DNA of 64,000 nucleotides from Bacilli bacterium (GTDB lineage Bacteria > Bacillota_I > Bacilli_A > RFN20 > CAG-826), in assembly GCA_045597865.1 (NCBI GenBank), contig JAZLKX010000025.1, positions 274,573 to 338,572 of the forward strand, in the 5' to 3' direction. Of this stretch, positions 1 through 9,935 are shown piece after piece. Positions within the stretch are counted from its first letter, which is position 1. Every line of letters starts with the position of its first letter. Under the pieces are notes generated by a model, which saw nothing but the letters and a program-made list of their open reading frames with translations, did not search any database and was not told where the DNA came from. The position numbers were made by a program, and so were the translations under genes.

Positions 1-327
1 GGTGTTTACAAAGGCGATTCAAGCTACAGTAACTTTGTTTTCTCATATTATTGTGCTGATGAAGCTGGCGATGACGTTATGGAAGGCCGTGGTTATGAAG
101 AAAAAGATGTTGGAAAAACATGTATTTATAACTTCTCATGGTGTGAATCATACGAAGGCTATGCAATTAAAACCGCAGTTTTGATGATTGCTGATGAACG
201 TAAAGAGGAAGAAGAACCACTTCCAAAATTCATGGGAACTGACAATCAATATATTTCATTGGATTGCTGCCAAACTGAAAAAATGTTCGGAGAAACATAT
301 AACCTCGGTTATTTCTACGAGATTTAG
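1..327 (+). CDS. 3' end of an unidentified protein (5'-truncated by window edge), Cys-rich with an acidic EEEE stretch
   Basis: Frame 1 is open from base 1 to TAG at 325-327 (GVYKGDSSYSNF...NLGYFYEI*). A hairpin terminator follows. No family recognised. Confidence 0.4.
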   Translation, partial: GVYKGDSSYSNFVFSYYCADEAGDDVMEGRGYEEKDVGKTCIYNFSWCESYEGYAIKTAVLMIADERKEEEEPLPKFMGTDNQYISLDCCQTEKMFGETYNLGYFYEI

Positions 328-348
328 TAAAAAATCTTCAAAAATCAT

Positions 349-377
349 AAAGGGTAACTTAATTGTTATCCTTTTTT
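349..377 (+). terminator. Rho-independent terminator of the upstream partial gene
   Basis: AAAGGGTAAC / loop TTAATT / GTTATCCTTT (one G-U pair) followed by a T-run. Confidence 0.5.
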
Positions 378-378
378 C

Positions 379-406
379 TTTAAAAGAAAGTAAAAGAGTG
401 TATAAT
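379..406 (+). promoter_or_regulatory. Putative relA promoter (TTTAAA-16 nt-TATAAT)
   Basis: TATAAT at 401-406 lies only 12 nt before the relA ATG. No SD between them, implying a very short leader. Confidence 0.4.
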
Positions 407-418
407 TAGTAAGCGCAT

Positions 419-2620
419 ATGGAAGAAAATAAGTCAACTTCACAAAATAAACTTCATACCTTTGATGAACTCAAAGAGCTTTTTTATGTATACATAACTG
501 ATAAAAATGCTAGAGAAAAAATTGAAGAAGCTTATCATTTTGCAGAAGAAGCACACAAAGGACAATTTAGAAAATCTGGTGAACCTTACATTCATCATCT
601 TATTGAAGTTGCTTATATTCTTGCTGAAATTCAAACTGGGCCATCAACAATTATTTCAGGACTTCTTCATGATACAGTTGAAGATACAAATGTTTCCTTA
701 GACGTTATTAAAGATAAATTCGGCGAAGACGTTATGAATATTGTTGATTCTTTAACCAAAATCCAACGTTTAAAACTTTCTCATAGAAGTGAAGATGACT
801 TTGTCGCTGAAGATCATCGTAAGATTTTCCTCGGCATGGCAAAAGATGTCCGTGTTATTTTAATTAAACTCGCGGATAGACTCCATAACATGAGAACATT
901 AGATTCTTTATCTCCAGAAAGACAAAAAGTTCTTTCTAGAGAAACTCTAGAAGTCTTTGCACCAATCGCACATCGTCTTGGTATGAATACAGTTAAATCT
1001 GAACTTGAAGACTTGTGTCTTAAGTACCTAGAACCTGAAAAATACGAAGAAATTATTAAACTTGTTGAAGGCAAAATTAAAAATGGCCAAAAATCTCTTG
1101 ATCAAATGGCCAAAAAGATTGCAGATGACTTATTTGAAAAGAAGATTACCTTCCAAATGGAATCTAGAGTTAAATCAATTTATTCTATTTATAGAAAGAT
1201 TTACGAAAAAGGTCGTAAATTCGAAGAAATCTTTGATATTTTAGCTTTGCGTATTATTACTGAAACAGAACTTAACTGTTACGAAATTTTAGGTATTATT
1301 CACTCAACATATAAACCAGTTTTAGGTAGATTTAAAGATTACATTGCAATGCCAAAACCAAACATGTATCAGTCTTTACATACATGTATTCTTTCTGGCG
1401 ACGGTAACACATTTGAAGTTCAAATTAGAACTAAACAAATGGATGAAATCGCTGAAGCAGGTGTTGCAGCTCACTGGGCTTATAAAGAAGGAACAAACTA
1501 CAATCCTAAGAAAGAGCAACAAGAAATTGAGGAGCAATTGCATTGGCTTCGTGACTTTGTCAATATGTCAGAAGACAATCAAAATGCTAAAGAATACGTT
1601 GAGGCTCTTTCCCATGATATTTTCCAAGCAAACGTTTACGTTTTTACCCCAGCAGGTAAGGTTATCGAACTTCCAACTGGAGCAACCCCTATAGATTTTA
1701 TCTATAAGATTCATACAGGGCTTGCTGAAAAGGCTGTTGGAGCAATCGTTAACAATGTTATGGTTCCACTTAATACCGAGCTTAAAACAGGCGATATTTG
1801 TGAAATTAAAACAAACGATAAATCTTCAGGACCAAATGAAGGTTGGCTTAATATTGCAACAACTAGCTTTGCTAAATCACACATTCGTAAATTCTTAGCA
1901 AAGAAAAATGCTGAATTTTTAAAACAAGACAAAATTCAAAAAGGCAAAGAAACAATTATCGAAGCATTTAAACAAGTTGGAGTTGGAGAAAGTGATGCCC
2001 AAAAATATGTTGATAAAGCTGATGTTTGGGAACACTTTAATTGTTCAAGTTTAGATGATTTTTATATTGCAATTGTTGCAAAAAATCCTACAGCTGGAGC
2101 AGTCATTGATTACCTTAATTTAAAGAAACCAGAAGACGCTGTTAAGTTAGGTAAAGTTCGCAAAAATGATGATGATGGATCACCTGTTTATGTTGCAAAT
2201 GCAGGGGACATCGCAATTACTTTAGGAAACTGTTGTACCCCAATCCCAGGAGACCCAATTATCGGTTATATTACCAAAGGTAAAGGTATTACAGTTCATA
2301 GAAAAGATTGTCCAAATATTATTAACGAAAAACGCCGTTTAATCGAAGTTTTTTGGAAAGAAAATCTTAAAGCTTCAACCTATCCAGTTGATTTAAAAAT
2401 TGAATGTTATGAACGTGCAAATTTAGTCGTAGATATCATGGCAGTTTTATCACAAAAGAAGATTACAATTACTTCTCTTAATGCTGTCTTGCATGCACAA
2501 CAAAACACATCAACCATTTCTGTGACAATTTATGTTCAAAATGCTAACGTTTTACAAGACATTATTAATAACCTTTTAAACGTTAAAAATGTCTACGAAG
2601 TTACAAGAGCAACTCACTAA
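419..2620 (+). CDS. relA: Bifunctional (p)ppGpp synthetase/hydrolase, RelA/SpoT (Rel) family
   Basis: 733 aa. N-terminal HD hydrolase motif (HHLIEVAYILA...LLHDTVEDT), synthetase domain, TGS and ACT-like C-terminus. Followed by hisS-aspS as in Bacillus. Confidence 0.95.
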   Translation: MEENKSTSQNKLHTFDELKELFYVYITDKNAREKIEEAYHFAEEAHKGQFRKSGEPYIHHLIEVAYILAEIQTGPSTIISGLLHDTVEDTNVSLDVIKDKFGEDVMNIVDSLTKIQRLKLSHRSEDDFVAEDHRKIFLGMAKDVRVILIKLADRLHNMRTLDSLSPERQKVLSRETLEVFAPIAHRLGMNTVKSELEDLCLKYLEPEKYEEIIKLVEGKIKNGQKSLDQMAKKIADDLFEKKITFQMESRVKSIYSIYRKIYEKGRKFEEIFDILALRIITETELNCYEILGIIHSTYKPVLGRFKDYIAMPKPNMYQSLHTCILSGDGNTFEVQIRTKQMDEIAEAGVAAHWAYKEGTNYNPKKEQQEIEEQLHWLRDFVNMSEDNQNAKEYVEALSHDIFQANVYVFTPAGKVIELPTGATPIDFIYKIHTGLAEKAVGAIVNNVMVPLNTELKTGDICEIKTNDKSSGPNEGWLNIATTSFAKSHIRKFLAKKNAEFLKQDKIQKGKETIIEAFKQVGVGESDAQKYVDKADVWEHFNCSSLDDFYIAIVAKNPTAGAVIDYLNLKKPEDAVKLGKVRKNDDDGSPVYVANAGDIAITLGNCCTPIPGDPIIGYITKGKGITVHRKDCPNIINEKRRLIEVFWKENLKASTYPVDLKIECYERANLVVDIMAVLSQKKITITSLNAVLHAQQNTSTISVTIYVQNANVLQDIINNLLNVKNVYEVTRATH

Positions 2621-2655
2621 TTTTATATAACTTTATAACTCCTTCTAATAATGTG

Positions 2656-2684
2656 TTGAACTTATAGTTAATATAAACTATAAT
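2656..2684 (+). promoter_or_regulatory. Putative sigma-A promoter of hisS-aspS (TTGAAC-17 nt-TATAAT)
   Basis: TTGAAC at 2656-2661, 17-nt spacer, TATAAT at 2679-2684, about 30 nt upstream of the hisS ATG with SD AGAGGAG. Confidence 0.55.
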
Positions 2685-2714
2685 ATTCTCGATTAATAGA
2701 GGAGTTTTTTATTT

Positions 2715-4028
2715 ATGGAAATTAACCCAGTTAAAGGAACACACGATATAATCGGAGACGAAGCAGAGCTCTATAGGGAAATCGAACAAAGATGCGTTTA
2801 CATCGCTGATCTTTTTGCCTATAAAGAAATTCGTACTCCTATTATCGAACACACACCTCTCTTCTTAAGAAGTGTTGGTGAATCCAGCGACATTGTCACT
2901 AAAGAAATGTATACATTTGATGACAAAGGCGGAAGAAGTTTAACCCTTCGTCCAGAAATGACAGCAGGAGCTATGCGAAGCATTGTTTCAAATAAACTTT
3001 ACGCAAATGCTGACTTACCACTTAAGTATTTCTATCTCGGCCCATGCTTTAGATACGAAAGACCACAAGCTGGTAGATATCGTCAATTCCATCAATTTGG
3101 TATTGAAGCAGTTGGCGCTCCAAGTTTCTATCAAGATGCTGAAGTTATTTCCATTGGTCATAGAATTTTATTAACCCTTGGATTAAAAAATGTAAAAGTA
3201 TTAATTAACTCCCTTGGAGATGAAGAATCTAGAGCCGCCTACAAAGTAGCTCTTAAAGAATATTTCTCAAAACACATCGACAAAATGTGTCCAGACTGCA
3301 AACGCAGACTAGAAATTAATCCACTTAGAATTCTTGATTGCAAAGTTCCAGAAGACATCGAAATTGTTAAAGGCGCTCCAAGAATGACTGATTATCTTAC
3401 AGATTCAGCAAAAGATTACTTAAATAGAGTTATCCACGCTCTTGAATCCGTTGGAATCGAAGTTGAAATTGACACAAATCTTGTTAGAGGTCTCGACTAT
3501 TATACGGGCGTTGTATTTGAATACCATGCAGTCCCTACCGAAGGTATGGCTGATGTTGGAGCCTTAGGTGGTGGCGGCCACTATGCAAATTTACTTGCAG
3601 AAGTTGGCGGTCCACAAATGGAAGGAATTGGTCTTGCAATGGGAATTGAAAGACTTGCTTATGTTGTTTCACAAACTATCAAAGAAAATCCATTAAGCGG
3701 CCCAGATTTCTACCTTATGGGAATGAGTGATGAAATCATCGAAAAGAACTTTGCTTTAGCAGAATTACTTAGATCAACTGGTTTAGTCATTGATACAAAT
3801 TATCAAGTTAAATCAATTTCATCCCTTATTAAAGTCGCACTTCGCAAAAAAGCAAAATTTGCCATTATCATCGGTGAAGATGAAATGACCAAAAAAGAAG
3901 TCACAGTCAAAAATTTAATGTCCCAAGAACAAACATTAGTTAAATTTGATGACTTAGAAACTGTCTTACATTCATTGTTAAATGAATACATATCAAAACT
4001 CGCCAAACTTGACGAAGAGGAGGAATAA
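2715..4028 (+). CDS. hisS: Histidine--tRNA ligase
   Basis: 437 aa with class II HisRS motifs (LRPEMTAG, FRYERPQAGRYRQFHQ, GGGRY-like GGGGHY). Confidence 0.95.
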   Translation: MEINPVKGTHDIIGDEAELYREIEQRCVYIADLFAYKEIRTPIIEHTPLFLRSVGESSDIVTKEMYTFDDKGGRSLTLRPEMTAGAMRSIVSNKLYANADLPLKYFYLGPCFRYERPQAGRYRQFHQFGIEAVGAPSFYQDAEVISIGHRILLTLGLKNVKVLINSLGDEESRAAYKVALKEYFSKHIDKMCPDCKRRLEINPLRILDCKVPEDIEIVKGAPRMTDYLTDSAKDYLNRVIHALESVGIEVEIDTNLVRGLDYYTGVVFEYHAVPTEGMADVGALGGGGHYANLLAEVGGPQMEGIGLAMGIERLAYVVSQTIKENPLSGPDFYLMGMSDEIIEKNFALAELLRSTGLVIDTNYQVKSISSLIKVALRKKAKFAIIIGEDEMTKKEVTVKNLMSQEQTLVKFDDLETVLHSLLNEYISKLAKLDEEEE

Positions 4029-4030
4029 AT

Positions 4031-5755
4031 ATGTTAAGAAGTTCATATAACACAGATTTAGGCCTTAAAGACGTCGGCAAAGAAGTCTTACTTGTAGGCT
4101 GGGTAGCCAAGAAAAGAAACCTTGGTTCCTTAGTTTTCATTGATCTTCGTGACAGAAGCGGAATTATCCAACTTACTGTAAACGAAGGCGTTGAAATTCC
4201 TGATATTCGTAATGAATACGTTATCCAAGCAAAAGGAAAAGTTAGCAAGAAAGAAGTTGCCAACAAAAATTTAAAAACTGGCGAAATTGAAGTTATTGTT
4301 AGCGAAATCAAAGTTCTTAGCAAAGCTAAAACTACCCCAATGATTATTGCTGATGAAACAGATGCTCTTGAAGATTTGCGTTTAAAATATCGTTATCTTG
4401 ATTTACGTAGACCTTGCTTACAAGAAAATCTTAAGAAGAGAGCAAAAATTGTCCATTGTGCTTATGAATACTTTGACGAAAATGGATTTATTGAAGTCGA
4501 AACCCCATGTTTAACTTTATCAACTCCAGAAGGTGCTCGTGACTACATTGTCCCATCAAGAATTACACATGGAGCATTTTATGCTCTTCCTCAATCTCCA
4601 CAATTATTTAAACAACTTTTAATGATTGGTGGAATGGAAAGATATTATCAAATTGCTCGTTGTTTTAGAGATGAAGACTTAAGACAAGATAGACAACCTG
4701 AGTTTACTCAGATTGATATGGAAATGTCATTCCTTGATCAAGATGAAATTCTTACAATAATGGAAGGTTTCTTAAAGAAAACATTTAAAGAAACAATTGG
4801 AGTGGACATTAAAACTCCACTTAGAAGAATGGATTATGCTGAAGCTGTTGATGTTTACGGCTCAGATAAACCAGATACAAGATTTGGATTACATCTTATT
4901 GATGTAACTAATGTACTTAAAGCTACTGAATTTAACGGCTATAAAGATGCAGCATGTATCAAAGCTATGGTTTGCCCAGGTTGTGCCGCTGAAACAAGTA
5001 GAAAAGTTATTGACTCATTAACTCTCGAAGCCAAAAAATTTGGATTTGGAGGTATTGGTGTTTATAAAGTTATGGAAAGTGGTGTTGAATCATCTCTCCT
5101 TAAGTTTATGAATGAAGCCCAAGTCAAAGACTTAGTTAGCAAGACCGAAGCCAAAGTTGGTGATTTAATCTTAGTCTTAGCTGGTAAGCATGACTCAGTT
5201 TGCTTTGCAATGGGTGCTTTACGTAGCCAATACGCTCGTAAACTCGGTTACATTAAGCCAAATACTTATGACTTACTTTGGGTCGTTAATTTCCCATTAT
5301 TTGAATATAGTGAAACTGAGGGACGTTACAAAGCCTTACATCACCCATTCACAAGACCAACTCCAGAAACTGAAAAATACTTAGACACTGATCCAAGTAA
5401 AGTTCTTTCTGCAGCTTATGACATTGTCATTAATGGTTACGAAGCTGGTGGTGGTTCACTTAGAATTTATGACCAAGATATGCAAAAGAAGATATTTAAT
5501 ATCTTAGGTTTCTCTGACGAAGACATTGTCCGTAAATTCGGTTACTTTGTTAAAGCCTTTGAATACGGCACACCTCCACATGGCGGAATTGCTTTCGGAC
5601 TTGAAAGATTATCTATGATAATTTGTGGTACAGACAACATTCGTGATGTTATTGCATTCCCAAAAAATCTTAGAGCAGCATGTCCAATGAGCAATGCTCC
5701 TCAAGGAGTTGACCAAGATCAATTAAAAGATCTCGGCATCAAAATTGAAGAATAA
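4031..5755 (+). CDS. aspS: Aspartate--tRNA ligase
   Basis: 574 aa with OB anticodon domain, QSPQLFKQ, FRDEDLRQDRQPEFTQID and GGGSLRI motifs. 2-nt gap after hisS. Confidence 0.95.
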   Translation: MLRSSYNTDLGLKDVGKEVLLVGWVAKKRNLGSLVFIDLRDRSGIIQLTVNEGVEIPDIRNEYVIQAKGKVSKKEVANKNLKTGEIEVIVSEIKVLSKAKTTPMIIADETDALEDLRLKYRYLDLRRPCLQENLKKRAKIVHCAYEYFDENGFIEVETPCLTLSTPEGARDYIVPSRITHGAFYALPQSPQLFKQLLMIGGMERYYQIARCFRDEDLRQDRQPEFTQIDMEMSFLDQDEILTIMEGFLKKTFKETIGVDIKTPLRRMDYAEAVDVYGSDKPDTRFGLHLIDVTNVLKATEFNGYKDAACIKAMVCPGCAAETSRKVIDSLTLEAKKFGFGGIGVYKVMESGVESSLLKFMNEAQVKDLVSKTEAKVGDLILVLAGKHDSVCFAMGALRSQYARKLGYIKPNTYDLLWVVNFPLFEYSETEGRYKALHHPFTRPTPETEKYLDTDPSKVLSAAYDIVINGYEAGGGSLRIYDQDMQKKIFNILGFSDEDIVRKFGYFVKAFEYGTPPHGGIAFGLERLSMIICGTDNIRDVIAFPKNLRAACPMSNAPQGVDQDQLKDLGIKIEE

Positions 5756-5782
5756 TTAATTTATTAATTAAGGAGAAAATAT

Positions 5783-7753
5783 ATGAATCAAAAAGAATTA
5801 GATAAACTTTCTGTTAGCGCAATCAGATCGATGTGTATCGATGTTGTTAACAAAGCAAAAAGCGGACACCCAGGAATGGCTCTTGGCAGTGCACCAATTC
5901 TTTATACTTTGTTTACAAAACATTTAGTCGCTAACCCAAAAGATCCAATGTGGTTTAATAGAGACCGTTTTGTTCTCTCAGCAGGCCACGCAAGTTCTTT
6001 ACTTTACACAATGCTCCACGTTTCAGGATACAATGTATCCTTAGATGACCTCAAGAATTTCCGTCAACTCGGAAGTTTAACTCCAGGACATCCAGAATGG
6101 AAACATACTCAAGGCGTTGACGCAACAAGCGGACCTTTAGGTCAAGGCATTGCTCAAGCTGTCGGTATGGCCATGGCTGAACGTGCAGTTAAAGCACAAT
6201 ACCCACAAGGAAAAGCTGTTTGTGACCATTATACTTATGTATTATGTGGTGATGGATGCCTTCACGAAGGTATTTCTCAAGAAGCAATCTCGCTCGCTGG
6301 ACACCATAAGTTAAATAAACTTATTCTTTTCTATGATTCAAACGAAATTACACTCGATGGTGGTTTAGGTCTTAGCTTCTCTGAAAATGTTAAGATGAGA
6401 TTTAAAGCCTCAGAATGGAATGTTTTAGAAGTAGCTGATGGAAATGACGTTGATGCAATCGATGCAGCTATTAGCAAAGCTAAAACAAGCAAATCTAAGC
6501 CAACATTAATCATTGTCCACACCATTATTGGTTATGGCAGTGAAAAACAAGGCACTTGCAAAGTCCACGGAAGCCCACTCGGTGAAGAAGATGGTGCAAA
6601 GGCAAAAGCCTTCTATGGATACGATTATCCAGCATTCACAATTCCTGATGAAGTTTATAAACACTTCCAAGACACATTTGCAAAACGTGGTGAAGAAGCT
6701 TATAAAGCTTACCAAGCAAACTTCAAAGCTTGGGAAGAGGGCCACGCTGGTGCTGCAAAGAAACTTCACAATGCTTTAAATGAAGATTTATCTTCATATT
6801 TCAAGAAAGAACCAGCATTTGCTGCTGATAATAACGACTCATCAAGAGTTGCATCAGGCAAAGCTTTAAACGAAAACTACAACAAGATTCCATTTTTAAT
6901 GGGTGGATCTGCTGACGTTGCTGGTTCAGTTATGACCAAGATTACTGATGGCGTCAATTTTGAGCCAAAATCACCAAAAGGTCGCAACGTTAACTGGGGC
7001 ATTAGAGAATTTGCAATGGCAGCCGCTCAAAACGGTATGTTATTACATGGAGGTCTAAAGACCTACGTTGGTTGTTTCTGTGTCTTCGCAGACTACATGA
7101 AGCCAGCTATTAGAATGGCTGCACTTTCTAAACTTTCAGCAATTTATCTTTTCTCACATGACTCAATCGCAGTTGGTGAAGATGGTCCAACCCATCAACC
7201 AATTGAACAATTAGCTATGCTAAGAAGTATTCCAAATTGCGATGTTATTCGTCCATGTGATGCACGTGAAACCTACGCTGCATGGGAAATTGCTTTAAGA
7301 AGCGTTGATCACCCAACAGCTTTAGTTTTATCAAGACAAAATCTTCCTTTACTTACTAGTAAGTATAAAGAAGTTTCAAAAGGTGCTTATGTCATTTCAA
7401 AAGAACATAAACACTTAGATGCAACTGTTGTTGCAACCGGCTCAGAAGTCTCTTTAGCAGTTGCTGCTCAAAAAGTTCTTCTCGAAGAAGGTATTGATGT
7501 TCGTGTTGTTTCAATGCCATCATGGTTTGCATTTGAAAAACAAGATGAACAATATAAATCTGATGTATTTGGCGTAAGTAAGGACAAAGTCTTTGCTGTT
7601 GAAATGCTTTCCAGCTTTGGATGGCATAAATACGCTGATCATATTATGAGCGTTGATTCATTTGGTACAAGCGCTCCAGCAAAAGAAGCAATCAAAGCTT
7701 TCCATTTCCTCCCAGAGGATGTGGTGGCATTTGTTAAGAAAGGACTTGCCTAA
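5783..7753 (+). CDS. tkt: Transketolase
   Basis: 656 aa with SGHPG, GDGCLHEG (ThDP-binding) and GEDGPTHQPIE motifs. SD AAGGAG upstream. Confidence 0.95.
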   Translation: MNQKELDKLSVSAIRSMCIDVVNKAKSGHPGMALGSAPILYTLFTKHLVANPKDPMWFNRDRFVLSAGHASSLLYTMLHVSGYNVSLDDLKNFRQLGSLTPGHPEWKHTQGVDATSGPLGQGIAQAVGMAMAERAVKAQYPQGKAVCDHYTYVLCGDGCLHEGISQEAISLAGHHKLNKLILFYDSNEITLDGGLGLSFSENVKMRFKASEWNVLEVADGNDVDAIDAAISKAKTSKSKPTLIIVHTIIGYGSEKQGTCKVHGSPLGEEDGAKAKAFYGYDYPAFTIPDEVYKHFQDTFAKRGEEAYKAYQANFKAWEEGHAGAAKKLHNALNEDLSSYFKKEPAFAADNNDSSRVASGKALNENYNKIPFLMGGSADVAGSVMTKITDGVNFEPKSPKGRNVNWGIREFAMAAAQNGMLLHGGLKTYVGCFCVFADYMKPAIRMAALSKLSAIYLFSHDSIAVGEDGPTHQPIEQLAMLRSIPNCDVIRPCDARETYAAWEIALRSVDHPTALVLSRQNLPLLTSKYKEVSKGAYVISKEHKHLDATVVATGSEVSLAVAAQKVLLEEGIDVRVVSMPSWFAFEKQDEQYKSDVFGVSKDKVFAVEMLSSFGWHKYADHIMSVDSFGTSAPAKEAIKAFHFLPEDVVAFVKKGLA

Positions 7754-7755
7754 TA

Positions 7756-8082
7756 ATGGCAAACTACTTAAAAATTAACGAGCATACCACTAAAAGTGGT
7801 GAACTTGCCATTTCTGACAAGGTGTTTGAACGTATTGCAACTAATGCCGCAAATAAGGTGATGAAAAAGCATCCTGACGATGTCAGAATGCCTTCACCAG
7901 TCAAAGTCTCCTTCAAAGGAGAAAACCAAGTCACAATTAAAGTGAGCATTTCTATCAGAAAGGGCGTTAAACTCTCAAGTATTTCTTATGAAATACAAAC
8001 AGAAATCGCTCGTGCCTTGGAAGTTTATGTTGAATCAGTACCATTCGACATTGACGTGTCAATTGTAGAGTTTAAAAAATAA
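7756..8082 (+). CDS. Asp23/Gls24-family (alkaline shock-like) protein
   Basis: 108 aa. Its position directly upstream of nusB matches the Firmicute yqhY-nusB arrangement. Sequence pattern is weakly Asp23-like. Confidence 0.6.
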   Translation: MANYLKINEHTTKSGELAISDKVFERIATNAANKVMKKHPDDVRMPSPVKVSFKGENQVTIKVSISIRKGVKLSSISYEIQTEIARALEVYVESVPFDIDVSIVEFKK

Positions 8083-8084
8083 TT

Positions 8085-8495
8085 ATGGAAGCCGTTTTTC
8101 TAAGTCGTAACAAAGAACATGAACTTGCTATGATAAGCATCTATGATGCTTTGACTTATTCAGCAATGAATGAAGAATTTTCTCTTGAGGATATCATGGC
8201 AAATGTTTTTGATATGCCTTACGAAGAAATTCCTTTATTCTCAAAAACCTTAATTATTAAAACTCTCGCTCACATTAATGAAATTAAACCTATTTTCCAA
8301 GAGAAGATGCCAAAATGGAATTTTGATAGATTAAATCTATTAGAACAAGCAATCTTACTCATGAGTTACACTCATGCTAAAGAGGAAAAAGGCGATAAGC
8401 ATGTCATTATTGATGTAGCAATTCGTTTAGCGAAAAAGTATCTAGACAAAGACGATTACAAGTTCGTAAACGCAGTATTGGATAACATTCTATGA
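8085..8495 (+). CDS. nusB: Transcription antitermination factor NusB
   Basis: 136 aa with NusB-like helical pattern. Context is asp23-nusB-xseA-xseB. TGA stop overlaps the xseA ATG. Confidence 0.85.
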   Translation: MEAVFLSRNKEHELAMISIYDALTYSAMNEEFSLEDIMANVFDMPYEEIPLFSKTLIIKTLAHINEIKPIFQEKMPKWNFDRLNLLEQAILLMSYTHAKEEKGDKHVIIDVAIRLAKKYLDKDDYKFVNAVLDNIL

Positions 8496-9697
8496 TGGAG
8501 AAAGATCTATTTTCTGTAAGTTCATTAAATAGGTACATCAAACAATTGTTTGATAGAGATTTTACTTTAAAAGGTCTACGCCTTAAAGGCGAAATCTCAA
8601 ACTTCAAACGTTATCCAAGCGGACACATTTATTTCACACTTAAGGATGAAGAATCATCCATTAAGGCTGTAATGTTCTATGAATATACAAAATTCATACC
8701 AAACACCATCAAAGATGGTGATGAAGTAATCATTACAGGATACGTATCTGTTTACCCAGCTAGAGGCGAGTATCAGGTATACGCGCAAGCAATGGAACTC
8801 TTTGGAGAAGGGGCTCAGCTCTTAGAGTTAGAACTTCTTAAGAAGAAACTTGCTGCAGAAGGATTATTTGATGCCTCTAGGAAAAGAAAGATAAATATCT
8901 TTCCAAAAGCAATAGGGGTCATAAGCGCACCTGGAAGCGCGGCTCTTGCGGATATTAAAACTAACCTTCTTAGAAGAAATCCGCTAATAGAGGTCAAAAT
9001 ATTCCCGTCCCTTGTCCAAGGTGCTGACGCCCCAAAAGAGCTCTTAAAAGCGCTAAAAAAGGCCAAAGAAGAGCAAATTGACACTCTCATCATCGGTCGA
9101 GGTGGCGGTGCAAGTGAAGATCTCTCTGCATTTAACGATGAAACTCTAGTAAGAGAAGCTGCCAACTTCCCAGTGCCGATTATATCGGCAGTAGGACACG
9201 AGATAGATTTCACACTTATCGATTACGTTGCGGATGCGCGTGCGTCAACACCAACAGGTGCAGCCGAGCTTGCAACAATAGACAAACGTGAGATCTATGA
9301 ACTACTTGCTAACAAACAAGTGGAACTAGATGAGATAATTACTGATAAAATCAGTAACTATAGACATAAACTTGATTTATTGAAGATTAATTCATTCTTC
9401 GAAAATCCAAAAGTTATGTACGAGAACACCTTGGTAGAAGTTGAAAACACCAAGAAGAGATTAGATGCCTACATGGCCCATCTCCTAGAGATGAAGGAAG
9501 AAAAAGTTCATTCATTATCCAAACAACTTCATTCAATTTCTGTAGATGCAACCCTACAAAGAGGATTCGCTATCATGGAAAATGAACAAGGAAAGATCGT
9601 AAAAGACATTAAAGACGTTGAAATTAACCAAATGGTTAAAACAAGATTAAAAGGCGGTACAGTGTCCGCTAAAGTAGTAAGCAAGGAGGCTAACTAA
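8492..9697 (+). CDS. xseA: Exodeoxyribonuclease VII large subunit
   Basis: 401 aa with N-terminal OB fold (GEISNFKRYPSGHIYFTLKD) and catalytic region IIGRGGGASEDL. Confidence 0.9.
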   Translation: MMEKDLFSVSSLNRYIKQLFDRDFTLKGLRLKGEISNFKRYPSGHIYFTLKDEESSIKAVMFYEYTKFIPNTIKDGDEVIITGYVSVYPARGEYQVYAQAMELFGEGAQLLELELLKKKLAAEGLFDASRKRKINIFPKAIGVISAPGSAALADIKTNLLRRNPLIEVKIFPSLVQGADAPKELLKALKKAKEEQIDTLIIGRGGGASEDLSAFNDETLVREAANFPVPIISAVGHEIDFTLIDYVADARASTPTGAAELATIDKREIYELLANKQVELDEIITDKISNYRHKLDLLKINSFFENPKVMYENTLVEVENTKKRLDAYMAHLLEMKEEKVHSLSKQLHSISVDATLQRGFAIMENEQGKIVKDIKDVEINQMVKTRLKGGTVSAKVVSKEAN

Positions 9698-9698
9698 A

Positions 9699-9887
9699 AT
9701 GGCAGAAGAAAAAATTGACTTTGAAAAGTCTCTAAAGAGACTTGAAGAAATCGTTTCTAAAGTTGAATCAGAAACACTCGCTTTAGAAGAATCTTTAAAG
9801 CTTTATGAAGAAGGTAAGAAGCTTATTGCTTCTTTAGAAAAAACTCTCAAAGAAGCTGAAAGAAAAGTAGAGGAATTACAAAAGTAA
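9699..9887 (+). CDS. xseB: Exodeoxyribonuclease VII small subunit
   Basis: 62 aa with FEKSLKRLEEIV...LEESLKLYEEG pattern, immediately after xseA. Confidence 0.85.
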   Translation: MAEEKIDFEKSLKRLEEIVSKVESETLALEESLKLYEEGKKLIASLEKTLKEAERKVEELQK

Positions 9888-9904
9888 CAAAGTTAATAAT
9901 TCTA

Positions 9905-9928
9905 TTTTAGTATTAAATTAGTAGTTTT
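9905..9928 (+). repeat. Phased direct-repeat motif, copy A (TTAGTAT-TAAA-TTAGTAG-TTTT)
   Basis: Half-sites at 9907-9913 and 9918-9924 (11-bp phase). Starts 19 nt after the xseB stop and ends 8 nt before the dxs ATG. Confidence 0.6.
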
Positions 9929-9935
9929 ATAGTAT

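Noticed and set aside
8815-9213. 132-aa antisense ORF inside xseA; similar antisense ORFs at 3940-4323 and 25664-26047
   Set aside because: All lie fully within, or straddle, well-supported genes on the other strand. They lack SDs and give low-complexity translations.
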